Positions 37,411-52,677 of a DNA stretch of 64,000 bases are shown in pieces. Below the pieces are notes generated by a model, which was given only the letters and a program-made list of their open reading frames with translations, searched no databases and was not told the DNA's origin. The DNA is taken from the NCBI RefSeq assembly GCF_009914755.1, contig NC_060930.1; one strand, given 5' to 3'. This DNA is from the human T2T-CHM13v2.0 reference genome, Homo sapiens. A program made the translations under genes and the position numbers. Every line of letters begins with the position of its first letter. Within the stretch, counting starts at the first letter, position 1.

Positions 37411-37437
37411 AGGGGACAGAGCGAGAATCTGTCTCAA

Positions 37438-37468
<31 letters not shown>

Positions 37469-37490
37469 GAAAGAAAAGAAAAAAGAAAGG
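37411..37490 (+). mobile_element. Extremely 5'-truncated Alu (last ~25 nt plus A/GAAAA tail)
   Basis: GACAGAGCGAGAATCTGTCTC followed by poly-A and (GAAAA)n. Confidence 0.7.
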
Positions 37491-38939
37491 ACAGAAAATA
37501 TTCTGTTGAAGCCGAACACTGAATCATGAGGAGCCACTCTGGATCCTGACTCTCTGGACCCCTTGCTTTCATTCTTTGCTTAAGGTTTTGTTAGAGTTAA
37601 CAAAATTGACTTTTTAATCCCTGAACGATAACATGTATATATAAAATTTAAATTCTAAGATTTAGGAATCACTATTCCCAACTGTCATGTTGACTGCTGA
37701 ATGTTATCTAGATATCCGTGACTAACTGAGGCACATTAAGTAATTCCCTTCAGCACAGGTGCTAGGACAAATCATCAATGAACTGAAACCAGAAAACCAT
37801 ATATTGCCTCAACCAAATATATGTTGAACCTATGGCATGGACAAAAAGGAATTTTTAAAAATATGGATATAGTTTGCTGATAATTCTTCTTCTTCACATC
37901 CTGGACTTAAGGAAGCCCAAGAGTTGGAGAGGGGAGCTGGTTGGTTGAAAGGGAAATAATATAGTTTATATAGTCTCACCTGGGGTCAAGGAAAAGCATC
38001 AAAAGAAAAGCAGGCAGAAAAGCTATCATTTATGAGAATTTGGGGTTTGAGGTGCAGATCGGCAAGTCTGAAACTAAAACAAGCTTGGTGGGGAGGTAAG
38101 GATATCCAGGTGAAACCTGGGATTTGTCAATGCAGGCATGAGAGCTAAAGGTGGCTCACATTTTTATTCTAGGGCCAGAGGACTGGGAGTAAGTGAAATA
38201 TTATAGCCAGGAAAAGGAGTATAACAAAATTAGGCAGATGTGAGAGGTGAAGTTGTAATTAACGAAGGAGATTCTACAGAGTAGGTCCTAGTTATTTTCT
38301 CCCCAGTTCATAGGAAGAAACAGCCACCAGGAAGTCTTTTAATGTTCTTTTCTTTCTTTGATGCTTATATTTTCTATACTTGCTATTTTCCTTTAGGGAG
38401 GTACCTGTAGCACAGAGAGAGAGACTAAGCCAAGAAAGGCCAGAGTTAATTAACCTGGCAGCCATCCAACTGTGAGGGGCAGTACACAAGGTTCTTCACA
38501 TGGTCCTAGAGCCATGGTTGAGTCTAGAATTGTGTGTATGGCTATGTAATCGTGGGTACACATTTACATGCTAATGTGAAGGTGTCTTAAGCACTGATCA
38601 CACATTCTCAAAAGGTCACATCAACACTCTTATGGTAAAGGCTATAGTCAGTTCTCTCTTGTCTATGCTGAGACACAGACTAAACACAGGCCACTCAAAT
38701 GATAGGACAAACAAGAGGCCAAACACACTTGGTTTCCAAAAGGAATGGGTAGATGTTGGTTCTGCCCACATATCTTCATTCATTTAGCTAATACATTTTT
38801 TGGATGCATCAACTGGGCATAAGAAGATGGATAGAGTAGAGTTTTATTGAAAGGGGAAATGAATAAAAAACGGGCCGAACATTACTTCTATGTCTTTAGC
38901 TGGCAATACTTCCATCTCAGAAGAAACTCCGCTTCTCAC

Positions 38940-39666
38940 CAGTCTTTGGAAAGGTACATGGTTTTGGAGGTTCTCATTTACCTGGGTCTTTATGGGCTGC
39001 AGATGGATGACTAAGTATGCCTTCTATGCCCTCAAAGATAATTTTTCCCTCAAGATTTTGTCCTTTTTATGGAGATGGGCTGGACCCTGAATCAGTAGGT
39101 TTATTACGAGAATTAGGGCTAAATCCTTAGAGAAGAGATTGCAGGACATAGAAAAATTAGTGTTTCATTAGACCAAGGGCTGCAAGGGTGATGTTTGAAA
39201 GTTGAAAAGAAAAATGCAAATAACTAATAACTTTAGCTTGGCTCAGTAAAGACTGAAGTTGCTCAGAAATAATCTCCTCACTGCCAACCTGTCAGTGCCC
39301 CTCATTCTGGCTTTATACCTCCAAGCCTTCTACCTTCTTACCTGCTGTCTTGATCCATCAGTCTTTCTCTTCTACATGGCCAAGCAGGTCACAGCCTCTT
39401 TTCCGCTTTCTGGATGATGCTCTCTCACTGAGGCCTGGGGCTTCTTAGGCAGGATGGTCAGGAACTGCTCCAGCAACAGAAGCTTCAGAATCTGCTCCCT
39501 GGTGTGGGTGCTCTGGCTGCAGTCTCTGTTGGCAAGTCTCCCAGAGATGTCTCAGAGTCGCTCAAGGCCCAGGGGAATCCTGATAGCAGAGGTGCCTGAA
39601 GTGTCATCTGCAGATTTCATGATATGAAGGACTCTTTCCTGGAAGTCTGTATTCCTGATTCCATGT
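38940..39666 (-). pseudogene. Unprocessed ZSCAN pseudogene: decayed SCAN exon (~39666-39342) plus a second linker exon (39086-38940)
   Basis: The minus strand reads [91 protein letters not shown] and ends CAGCAG|gtaaga. The second exon, ttcag|GPAHLH...IHLQPIKTQ...FQ..|gtgaga, resembles the ZSCAN31 middle exon. Confidence 0.85.
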
Positions 39667-41844
39667 CTAATGACTAGTGCAAACCAGGAGCAGGCAGTAG
39701 GAAGTTTATGATAAGAAAGGACAGAAAATAGGCCAGGCAAGCTGTCATGTTAAAGAAGCATACACGACTGTTTTTTTCCACCTTGACTTGCACAGCTGTT
39801 TTCTGTACCTCAGGGAACTGGCATGGCCACAACTAGGACTTCTCTTGTTCTCCAGATAGGTTGAGCCTTGAAAATTTGTAGCAGGTTCACTCTGCCTAGA
39901 ATTTTGGAATTCAGGAAGATTCCCATTCAGCATTTTATCTTCAGAGTTAGTCCTACTTTTTATAAAAAATGAAATTATATAATAAATATATATGTATATC
40001 TACATATATTCTATATATAAATACACACACACACATACAAGGGATTAATATCTAAAATATAAAGAATTTCTACCCTCTGATAAGAAAAAGTTAAAATGTT
40101 CACCAGAAAACCAGACAAAGGATATGAATAAGGAATTCACAAAGGAGGAAATGCAAATGGCCAATAAATGGTATAAAAAGATGCAGTGTCATTAGTATTC
40201 AAGGATTAAAAATAGAAGTGAGATACCATTACACATTTAACAGCTTGGTAAATGTTTAAAAGTTTGATAATGGGCAAGGATACAGAATAACAACCATACT
40301 GTGCTAGTGGGAATATATATTGGCAATTGGTGGCAATATATATATATACAGCCAATTTGGTGGCACTTTAGTGGTATTAAAATTTTAAATGCACATATGA
40401 TATCATGTTTTCATTCTGTCATTCTCCACTGTCTTTGAGAACTAGGATACTTGACATGGAAGCTAAGTATGGGTGACAGCCTCTAAAATGTCCCCCAGTA
40501 CTCCCACTTCCCAGTATTCAAGGCCTTGCATAATCCCCTCCTTTTTTTTTCAAGTTCTGACACACAAACTTTTATTTATTTGCTTGTTTTTGATTAAATG
40601 TTTGTTACAGGCAACCTGGGAATAGCTTTCTTTTTCCCCTCAAACCAGCTATAGAAAGGTAATTGATTGTACTTAGTTCTCAGAACTTCAGAGGCAACAT
40701 AATAGGTAAACAAGTTCTTAAAAGAAGTATTCTAGATAACAGTAAATGGGATTCTTTCAACAATAGTACTCTGTTGCAGTGAGAGATGATTTTTCTGAAG
40801 AATCCCAAACCTCACAATATTCTCTATATTTCCCAGCCCCTTACACACACACACACACACACACACAAATGTAAAATCTTGATCTCACATATATAGAAAG
40901 GCTCTATAAATGACAGGAAAAAGTGAAAAAATAACAGCATATGTCAAAGAAATACAAAATAGGCATGTGTTACGACTTTAACAGAAATTATAGAAAAACA
41001 CTTTTAGTTAAATACCTTTACGTTGTTACAACAGAACTGATGAAACCATAACTTTCGTAGATAACTGAGAATTATGACTATATCCTTTGCTTCAATACTT
41101 TTGCTCTAAAATATGACCATAAGTAAAACATATGTACATAAATTTTTTCCATGAACAGCTTGATTCCAGAAAACCAAACATATTTTAGATATATCTTGAC
41201 TAAATACTGAACTATTTCAGTGCCTTCAGTTACAATGTGTTGCTCACACTGGCACCAAGTGGAGACTGATAATCTAAAAGAATAGCATTAAGTGTTATTC
41301 AAACTGGTCCATAAACATTCTCAGTGGTTCTTAGGTTCTCAAATTTGAGGAACATAGTCCTAAAAGTTTACAAGTATGCTTAGTTGTAATTGAAATTCTA
41401 ACCTGCATAACATAATGTAACTTAAAATGTTAGTCTCTCCAAAAAAAATAAAACCCAGGACCTCTTTATAAAAAATCATCAAGTTTATTACAATATCTAG
41501 TTTCATTTTTAAACTGTAGCTGCTGGACAATTTTTGTAATTTAAAATTCATTATCGGGGTACAGAAAACACTAATAAGCTGACAGTGAATTAGATACTAA
41601 CAGTGAATAAAATTACTGGACCATGCATTTATAAAAGCCATGTTTAATAGTAAAACATCCCAGTTATACTTCTTAACTGAAAGAAACATCCTTTAGCTCC
41701 TTCCAATTACAGCACATTCTTATTTTGAGATCATTTATCCTTTTTCACCCAATTACTACTATGCCCAACAAAATGTTTCCAAATGTTGTACTTTTCTTTA
41801 CCACTTATGAAGTATGACTTCACTGTTACTCATGAAGAGTTCTT

Positions 41845-42196
<352 letters not shown>

Positions 42197-42515
42197 TTAA
42201 ATATCACTACCACATGAGTTAAAACAAAAAATGGAATAAAAAACAAAAGTGGTGTCTATGTTATCAGTGAATTACTTGATAGGACATTTTAACTATTTTA
42301 CAGTTCTGCTTAGCACAAGAATAAACTGGTTCCAAGGTACTACAGTGTTTGGCATTTTTACTGCAAGCTCTAAACTATAGTGTTACTCCTCTTAACAAGC
42401 CATCTCTAAGAAAATGGCAGTGTTTGAAAGCACAAAAAGTGTTCTATCCAATAGGTGGTATTTTACATAGTCAAGGTAAGAGGAATCTTTTTATAAAATT
42501 ACATTTTAAAAAATG

Positions 42516-42831
<316 letters not shown>

Positions 42832-43622
42832 TTACCAGTTGTCTCAAAGGCTAAAGTAAGAAAAATGCAGCAAATAGAAGTACTCGTTGATTAACATTAT
42901 TTTGAGAAAGCCAGAAATGATTCTAAGAAGTAATAAAAGATGTAATTAATACATTATATCTCTTTTAAGCCAAAGCACATTTTTCATCTCAGACAGGACA
43001 GTTCTGACTTTTACATTCTTGATTTCCTTTGTCCAAAACGGGACGCCATTTTAAATAGAGTTCATTTGAGTAGGGTTCATAATATAAAGTCATTTTTCCC
43101 CACAGGATGTTTTCATTTCAGTACGTAAACTGCTAAACAGCAAATGACTAGGTCAGTTATAAAGAATTTGTACTATAATAAATGCTAATTTACAATAACT
43201 GTCAATAGAAACCTATAAATGCCTACACCCAAGCCTAAAAGTTACTACAGTATTGAGGTCGGAACTAACATGATTCTTCCATTTGGTCAAATTTCATTTA
43301 CTAAAGAATACTGTCAAGAAATCCAAAGAAGAAACCTTAGTAGGTCCTTCCAAAGCTGCATAATTTTCCAGATTATTTCCTCTGGTTGCAGAGCCTGTTC
43401 AGTCCTTCAATCCTTTCATAGTTGTTTAGCTTTTGCAATGTTTTCTAGGCGTTTTTGTTTCTTCTTTTGCTCCTTACCCCTGGCCTCAATCATCTTGGCC
43501 AATTTCCAACACAATACAACACTTGCTAGGAACAGTGGAGTAAGGGCCAAAATAACAGTTGTAAGGAAGTCATATGGGTCCTTTGCAGCCCATTCCACAA
43601 GCCTTTATATCAAACATCTTCA

Positions 43623-44100
<478 letters not shown>

Positions 44101-47100
44101 AACCCAGGGCTTATGCTTGAGTAGTGATCTCTAACTTTGTCCTGTTATTATCAGTGACCCAATCACAATTTCAGATGACCCTTGGCAGTCTGTCTTTTTT
44201 AGTTCTACCATAGACATCTGAGAGATGGTTTAAATTCCTATCAGGCTACAGAGCCACAGGGGCTACGTTCACCCCTGCCCCTCGGCCTTGGCAAGTGCAG
44301 GGCCCTTATTGCACAGAAAGGAGGGTCCCAGGGGATACTGGGTCGGCCCCATCACACCTTGCACGGCCACCATTTCTGCTGGGCACCGGGAGAAAACTGC
44401 GGCAGCGACAGCCACCAGCCTCCCCTTTATTACCCCCAACACACTCCTTTTAAATAACTTGCTTCTAATTAATAGAATACAGCAATGTTGAGAGGATGTT
44501 ACTTCTGTGATTAGGTTACAAAGAAAACGGTGACTTCTGTCTTGCTAGCAGATGCTCTCCCTTGGGGGTTTTGACGAAGCAAGTTGTCATGTTAAAGAAG
44601 CCTATATGACAAGGAACTGAGGATTGCCTGTTGCTAACAGTCAGCATGTAACTGAGGCCCTCAGTCCAAAAACCCTCAAAGGGTTTGTTGATTTCTGACA
44701 ACAGTCATGTGAACTTAGAGCTGATCCCTCCCCAGTTAAGCCTTCAGATGAGACGCCAACTCTGACCAACACCTTGATTTCAGTCTTGAGAGACTCTGAA
44801 GCATAGGACCCTGCTGAGCCATACCTGGATTCCTGACCCATGGAAAGGATAATGTACGTTGTTTTATACTACTAAGTTTTTAGTTAATTCATTATACAGC
44901 AATACATGATAATAATACAAGGGGAGATACAAATGTAAAGAGAAGTAAAAACCCTGTAGTTCTGAATTAGAAAGAAAAACAAACAGGCATACACAGATAT
45001 ATGTCTCCTAGGTCTTTCTATTGAAAAGGCTTGGAAACAATAACCAGCCAAACAATGAGCCTTTGCTAGCATCGAATGTGTCATCTTGAAATTCCATATC
45101 CCCAAAAAGAAATCAGGATTCCTGGGAGACATGACTGAATCCAGATCAGAGGCAAGAAATGTATGGCATGAGCCTGAAACATCTTGTCATACCATAAAGC
45201 AAGGGTCTTGAGTCAGAAGTACTCAGGTGCCAAGTTGAAGACCTTCCCACTTGAAGATGGGAAAATTTGAGGACCAGTAAAGATAATGACAGCAATGAGT
45301 TGAAACACTTCAAGTATGTTTATATCCATGAGTTTGTAATTATTCTTAAAAAAAAGAAAATGGTCACCATTGGAGAATGCTAGGGAGCCATGTATTTTGA
45401 AAACAGGTAAATAAAGGGAAACAAGTATTTATCCTGCCTTTTCCATAGGAACTGTACCACTTGGTAACCACATAGATGATAAGGAAAAGTTTTTTGTAAT
45501 GTATTAAAAGTTTGTTACAGAAACATTACATATACAGCAGGGTGCCTCTGCTGCCTACAAGCTGTGTGACCTTGGGTGAGTGACTTAACCTCCTTGTGCC
45601 TCAGTTTCCCCCTCTTTAAAATGGAGTTGACTACACATTTAGATTATATATGGGGATTAAATGAATTAATACATGTCAAGCAACTAGAACAGTGCCAGGC
45701 ATATGGTGTTTCAGAAGTGTCTATTATCATTATTATATTTATTCTTAAAATGCTGGCATTTATCCAACCACAGTTCTTGGCACCCCTTGCACCATGCACC
45801 CCCAGTCACTCCTGGGCTTTAGCCTGGAGCCCAGTGCACATCCCCACCCTGCATCACCCCACTCACCCTGGGACTCACCCTGGGACTCACCCTGAGCTGA
45901 GCCGATCTTTAACAGAGACTTTTCCAAAGCCTTTGGGGACCTTGAAAAGGCTTTGGAAAAGCCTGGGCAAGCCCTGCACCACTGACCCACCTTCTGCTGC
46001 CTCCTTAGGTGGTTTGGAGAATATTTCATGTCATTAACTTCCTCACTTTGGGCCCATCTAGGGCAAAGAGGCAAGTAGGAGACTCTTTTCCTTACTCCTC
46101 AAACATCCTGGGACCGTCTGTTTAGTTCTTCTTTTCCAGTTCTTAACCACTCTGGATCCCACCCCACCCCTGTACACCACTTGCCCCACAGATGGATTTA
46201 CAGGCTTTACCTGTATTGCTTTACCTCCTGAGAGCTCTCTCCTCACCCACCTAACCTTCATGTCTTTCCACAAGAGCACAGAGAGGTGAAGTAACTTGTG
46301 CAGAAGTCGCACAGCTAGGTAGTAACAAACTACAGCTACGCTATGCTACCAAGCAGCAAACTTAAATATGTCTTCACTTTCCCAGCCCTTCCTTCCCAGG
46401 ATGCTGCACTTTCCCAATCACTCCCCAGCCTCTTGTACCTCATCTGCATTAATGCAGCTGACCTACCAGAATTCTACTCATTTCTTCCTCTTGTATACCA
46501 ACAGGTTATCTCCCGCATCCCCTCCCTCCAGTGCTTTCAGGGTGCAGCTACTCATTCAAAATAATTACTCAATACCTAATAGGAAAGAACACTAGATGGG
46601 AATCAGTCAGTCTTGAATGCAGACCTTTGCCGCCTCACAGGCATGTGACATTGAGCAATCACTTTTATTTCACTGTGCTCAGTTTACACAATAAACACGT
46701 ATGGCAAACACCTGTGCCTTCCTCTTCTAGGATGATTGTGAGGATCACTTGACAACCTCAGTGGGAAAACAATTTTTATTCCATGACTTAGCCTTTGCAC
46801 TGGCTGATCTCTCTTCCTGGAACATCCTCCTTCTAGATAGCATCAAGCTGTCTCCCTCTTTGCTTCCGCATCTTAGCTCAAATGTCTCCTCCTCAATGAA
46901 GCATCCCTGACCCCCATCCCCCGCCCTATATAAGGAAATCTTACTCCTCATGCTGCTCCACTTTCTTCTGTTTCAAAAGCACTTCATCACCTTCTAATAT
47001 ACTACATAGTTATTATGATTATTGTCTATTATTTTTCTCTGCTGCTAGAATGTAAACTTTATGAGGGCAGGAAACTTTGTCTGATCTACTGATGCATCCC

Positions 47101-48513
47101 AAGTTCCTACAATGGTACCCACTGGCCTAACAAGTGCCCCGTGGATGTTTGCTGATTGACAGAGTGCCCCCATCCACAGTCTGAGCCTTCCTTCTTCTCT
47201 AGGTCTCTTGGTGTTCCTCTAATAACAGGGGCACTGAAAATCCTTCTTGTTACTGTCAATGAGGCCAAATGCAGGAAGTAGTGGCATCAACTACTACAAC
47301 ACTTTGGACCAGATCAATGAAACAGAATTAGGAAAAAAAAAAAAAAAACCAGAAACATTCCCAAATTCTCCCTTCAATTTTCTCTTTACTACAGGCATGC
47401 CCATTCGGGCCCTTTTTTACGTCCCTATCTCTCCCCTCCTCCTCTCTTACTCATTTGGGATGTATCTCATGCCCTTAATGTTCCTCCTTCACCCTTATGT
47501 CTTCTATTTTGTGGCTTTTTCCTCTGTCAGCTTTACTTTGCTTTTCTGAATAGGTGAGAGAGAAAGGGACTATCTGAGCACTGGGGTTGGAGTCACAGAA
47601 GGACCACGCAAGGCTTCAGTGTTGAAGGTAAGTGTGGCATGCCATAGCACCATAGATAAGGAAACCTCAGCTGGGACCTTGTTCCTGTGGCCCAAGCAGT
47701 TTGGAGAGCCCAAGAGAGGACTGGGGGTGTGGACTGGCAGGTCTGCAAGGTGCTGGTAAACATGCAACAAACAGCCCCTTTCCCTTCACCCTGTGAGCTC
47801 ATGCAAGAGGAGCAGAAGCTCTGTAGAAGTAGCTTTTTCCTAAAGTAAACATTTATGGGTCCTGTTTAGACTGCCTGGGTAAACATTTAGCTCTATTTGC
47901 CTATTCCAGAGCAAAGGACACTGCCTTGCTCTACAAACTCACCTCAACCCACCTGCCCATTGCACTTCACAGGCATCTCAGTCCTCTTAGGGTGGGACAG
48001 GCAGTGGGTCAGTGAGGGGAGCACAGGTTTAGGGACTACCTACTGATGTAGAGGTTGCAAGTGGAAGGATGGAAAGGAAGCTATTATGTGCTTGGTGCCT
48101 GTAGCATATTAAAAGGACCATACTAATCCTCAGGGTAGTCTGGGACCTTGATACTCAAAGTGCACTCCATGAACCAGCAGCATCTGAGGCACCTAGGAGT
48201 GCATTGCTCATTTAAAATGGAGATTCCTGGGCCCCCTTCTGACCTTTTGAAGTAGGAATCTGCATTTTAACAAGATCTCAAGTGATTTGTAGGTATTATA
48301 AAATTTCACAAACACTATTCCAGAAAATCTGAATTCAGCTAATTGCTAATGTTCTATTGACAAATAAAATAGTAAGTGACTTTTAAAGAATTGTTTATGG
48401 TTCCTAAGCCATGAGGAAAAAAATAACACACACACATATGTATGTATTCTTTAACGCTTTAAAAATAAACTTCAAAGCCAAAGGTTTAGGGCAGAACAGT
48501 TTTAAGCTGAACT

Positions 48514-48519
48514 TTTATT
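48514..48519 (-). terminator. Candidate ZSCAN31 polyadenylation signal (AATAAA on -)
   Basis: TTTATT on +, about 1.4 kb beyond the stop codon. Confidence 0.45.
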
Positions 48520-49917
48520 TCCTCTCTTTTGAAATATTCTGATTCAGGTTTTGACTGTGGAGAAAAGAGTAACAAGAATGTCAGCAGAGGCATTTCGTAT
48601 CCTAATTTTAACATGATACTTAAAATTCTACCTACATTTGTTAAATGCTATTATTTCGTATGTAAATCATAATGCACATTTATTGAGAGCTACATTTTAA
48701 GTACAAGTTTGTATTTATTTAATCTTATGTACCCTATGAGGAAGGTATTGGTATCATCCTCTGTTTTACAGGTGGGGAGACTATAGCATAGCAGCATTTA
48801 GATAACTTGCCTAAAGTCCCACAGCTCACAAATGGGGAGGAAAGATTTGAACTTGGTGCCAGAGCATATGTTTAACCCTGGCAATAAGTGTCTAAGCATG
48901 CTGGTCTCCCCAGTAAGCAGCAAGCTGCCCAAGATATCAGACTTCTTTTCTTTATAAAACTACTTAAATGATGCTGCTTGCAATGGCACTCAAAGTTGCT
49001 GACCAACCCCCAAAAGAAGAATAATGCTGACATAAAAGGCTATGAATTAAAGAGGTACCTTGTGAAGAACAGAGATTTTAAAGTATCATCTTACTTATTA
49101 TTTGTAACAAAAATGGAAAACTTACAGTAATGACCTGCATTGAGAATTTGATATGAATCATCAACATAGTTATGTTGATATGTATATACTATGTTGATGA
49201 TTCATGTCAAACTCATATTATATAACTCATGATATCAACATATATATTGATTCGTATCAAAAACATGAGTTAGATATGAAATGAGACATAGATTTCTAAA
49301 CCATTAAAACTACAGGTTTCATACTATGGATAATGCTGCATAATTATAGAAGCTATCTATCACATTCCTAGGGGAGACCATAGCAATGATTTCCTGTGGG
49401 AATGTGGACGATTCTTATTCCCCAAAACCTTACATTTGTTTAAAATGTCACTCTTACAGAAAAAGATGCACCTCTGAATATCCTTTGATCTTAGCAAATC
49501 TTTTTTTTAAAAGTATACATAGATACTGGTCTTTTAGAATTGTTCAATATGCAGTATTGCTCAAAAACAGCCCCTCCATAACAATTTATTTCCAGATAAG
49601 ATTTGGTGCCTTTAAAGGAAATCATAAGAAATGGACCAAAGGCTAGGGAATAAGAAGGCCACCCAGCAACCCCCTACAATCACAGTCATCCACACAGGAG
49701 ACACCAACACCTGGTTTGTAGACAAGTGGTTCAATGCAATACAAAATAAATTTTATAAGAACAGAATAAGCCACTTGAAAATCTTACTTTCCAAGACGGC
49801 CCCATTTAGGGGTCTGAGGGTCCACAGAATTAGTCCAGTTCTGCTGGAACAGTATGGATTCTAAAATGCCTAATAAGGTTGCAATGATGACTGAAGGCTT
49901 TCCCAAACTCATCACCC

Positions 49918-50646
<729 letters not shown>

Positions 50647-51134
50647 TTATGAAAGAATACAATCATAGGATGGAAATAGAAAGATCGATATCAAACAGAC
50701 ATGTTCTAGGAATGAAGAACTGTCAGTTAAGGAGCAGGTTGGGTTAAACAGGGATGTTTAGGCTAGTAGAGTAAGGGGTCATCAGCACTGCTAAAATGGC
50801 TGGAGGGAGCACCCAGAGGCTCCCAGTGAGGATGTACATAAGCAGGCACTATATTATATTCATTACAAGGCAGGCACTGTTCTAAGTGTTTTACATATGT
50901 TAACTTTTTAAATCTCAAATGACTCTGTGACTGAAGTGCTATGATTATCCCCACTTCAAATATGCATAAACTGAAGGCACAGGGAGGTTACCTGACTTGT
51001 CCATTGTCACAGAGCTATTAAATGCAGCGTTTAAATTCCAACCCAGGCAATTTAGCCCCAGAGTCCACAGTCTTAACTATCGCCCTATATAGACCCACCA
51101 GAGATCTCCTGAAGGGACCTGTCAAAATCCTTAC

Positions 51135-51285
51135 CTTGTTCTTGAAATTGGTGGAGGCAAAAAGATTCATATCTGAGCTGTGTCACCATAGGCTGAAGCT
51201 GTATGTCTGTTGGTTCCTGCTTGACCTTCAGATGTTCCACATCCTCCAAGAGCACTTCAGAATGTCCATGTTCATGGTCTGGAGC
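51135..51285 (-). CDS. ZSCAN31: ZSCAN31 middle coding exon
   Basis: ccttcag|GCT...CAAG|gtaagg; 151 nt; encodes [50 protein letters not shown]. Confidence 0.9.
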
Positions 51286-51606
51286 CTGAAGGCAGGTAGG
51301 CATATTTGGTTAAAGAGGGGGATTATAGGAGTACAAGCTAATACTAAATGAAAGATATCACATGGAACTATATGAAACATTTTCTAGAGAGATGTCACAG
51401 TGGAAGGACCAGAGTTTAATTCATTACCCAAAAGCAAAACAGGGAAGAGTGGCCCAATCAAGTGTGGTGGTTTAAAATAAATCCACCAGGTAGAATCTAA
51501 CTGCCCATCCCCAACCCCCTGAATGTGGGCTGTACTTGATAGCTCAACTCTACTGAATAGAAAGTGAGGCAGACGAGATGGTATATAACTTCTGAGTCGT
51601 AAAAAG

Positions 51607-52677
51607 TATCAGAGAATCTGTCCTGATATTCATGTAGGTTCTTTTCTATTTTCCTTAAGCGTCAGCCAGCTTGAGAAATAAAGGGACAGAGTACAAAAGA
51701 GAGAAATTTTAAAGCTGGGTGTCCAGGGAAGACATCACATGTCAGTAGGTTCCGTGATGCCCCACAAGCCACAAAAACCAGCAAGTTTTTATTAGGGATT
51801 TTCAAAAGGGGAGGAAGTGTGCGAATAGGTGTGGGACACAGACATCAAGTACTTTACAAGGTAATAGAATATCACAAGGCAAGTGGAGGCAGGGTGAGAT
51901 CACAGGACCACAGGACCAAGGCGAAATTAAAATTGCTAATGAAGTTTCGGGCACCACTGTCATTGATAACATCTTATCAGGAGACAGGGTTTTTGAGATC
52001 AACCGGTCTGACCAAAATTTATTAGGCGGGAATTTCCTCTTCCTAATAAGCCTGGGAGTGCTATGGGAGACTGGGGTCTATTTCACCCCAGCAGTCTCAA
52101 CCATAAGAGATGGCTACGCCCAGGGGGGCCAGTTCAGAGACCTACCCCCAGGCGCACATTCTCTTTCTCAGGGATGTTCCTTGCTGAGAAAAATAATTCA
52201 GTGATATTTCTCCTATTTGCTTTTGAAAGAAGAGAAATATGGCTCTGTTCCGCCCAGCTAACTGGCAGTCAGAATTTAAGGTTATCTCTGTTATTCCCTG
52301 AACAATTGCTGTTATCCTGTTCTTTTTTCAAGGTGCCCACATTTCATATTGCTCAAACACACACGCTGTACAATTTGTACAGTTAATGCAATTATTACAG
52401 GGTCCTGAGGCAATATACATCCTCCTCAGCTGACAGGATTAAGAGATTAAAGTAAAGACAGGCATAGGAAATCACAAGGGTATTGATTGGGGAAGTGATA
52501 AGTGTCCATGAAATCTTTACAATTTATGTTTAGAGACTGCAGTAAAGACAGGCATAAGAAATTACAAAAGTATTAATTTGGGGAACTAATAAATGTCCAT
52601 GAAATCTTCACAATCTACATTCTTCTGCTATGGCTTCAGCTGGTCCCTCCATTTGGGGTCCCTGACTTCCCGCAACA
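51607..52677 (-). mobile_element. MER11 (HERV-K11/HML-8) solo LTR nested in an MLT1-type LTR (~51463-52967)
   Basis: Starts TGTTGCGGGAAGTCAGGGACCCC on -; 1071 bp; 6-bp TSD AAAAAG at 51601-51606 and 52678-52683. Confidence 0.9.

Noticed and set aside
37390-37572. Minus-strand ORF with EWLLM/ASTE motifs as a possible KRAB or further exon of the fossil ZSCAN gene
   Set aside because: The similarity is only a few residues, with no convincing splice sites.
37483-39730. Exact 18-mer AAGAAAGGACAGAAAATA at 37483-37500 and 39713-39730, considered as a TSD or duplication boundary
   Set aside because: Low-complexity purine-rich match that partly overlaps an Alu tail; no flanking similarity or single element between the copies.
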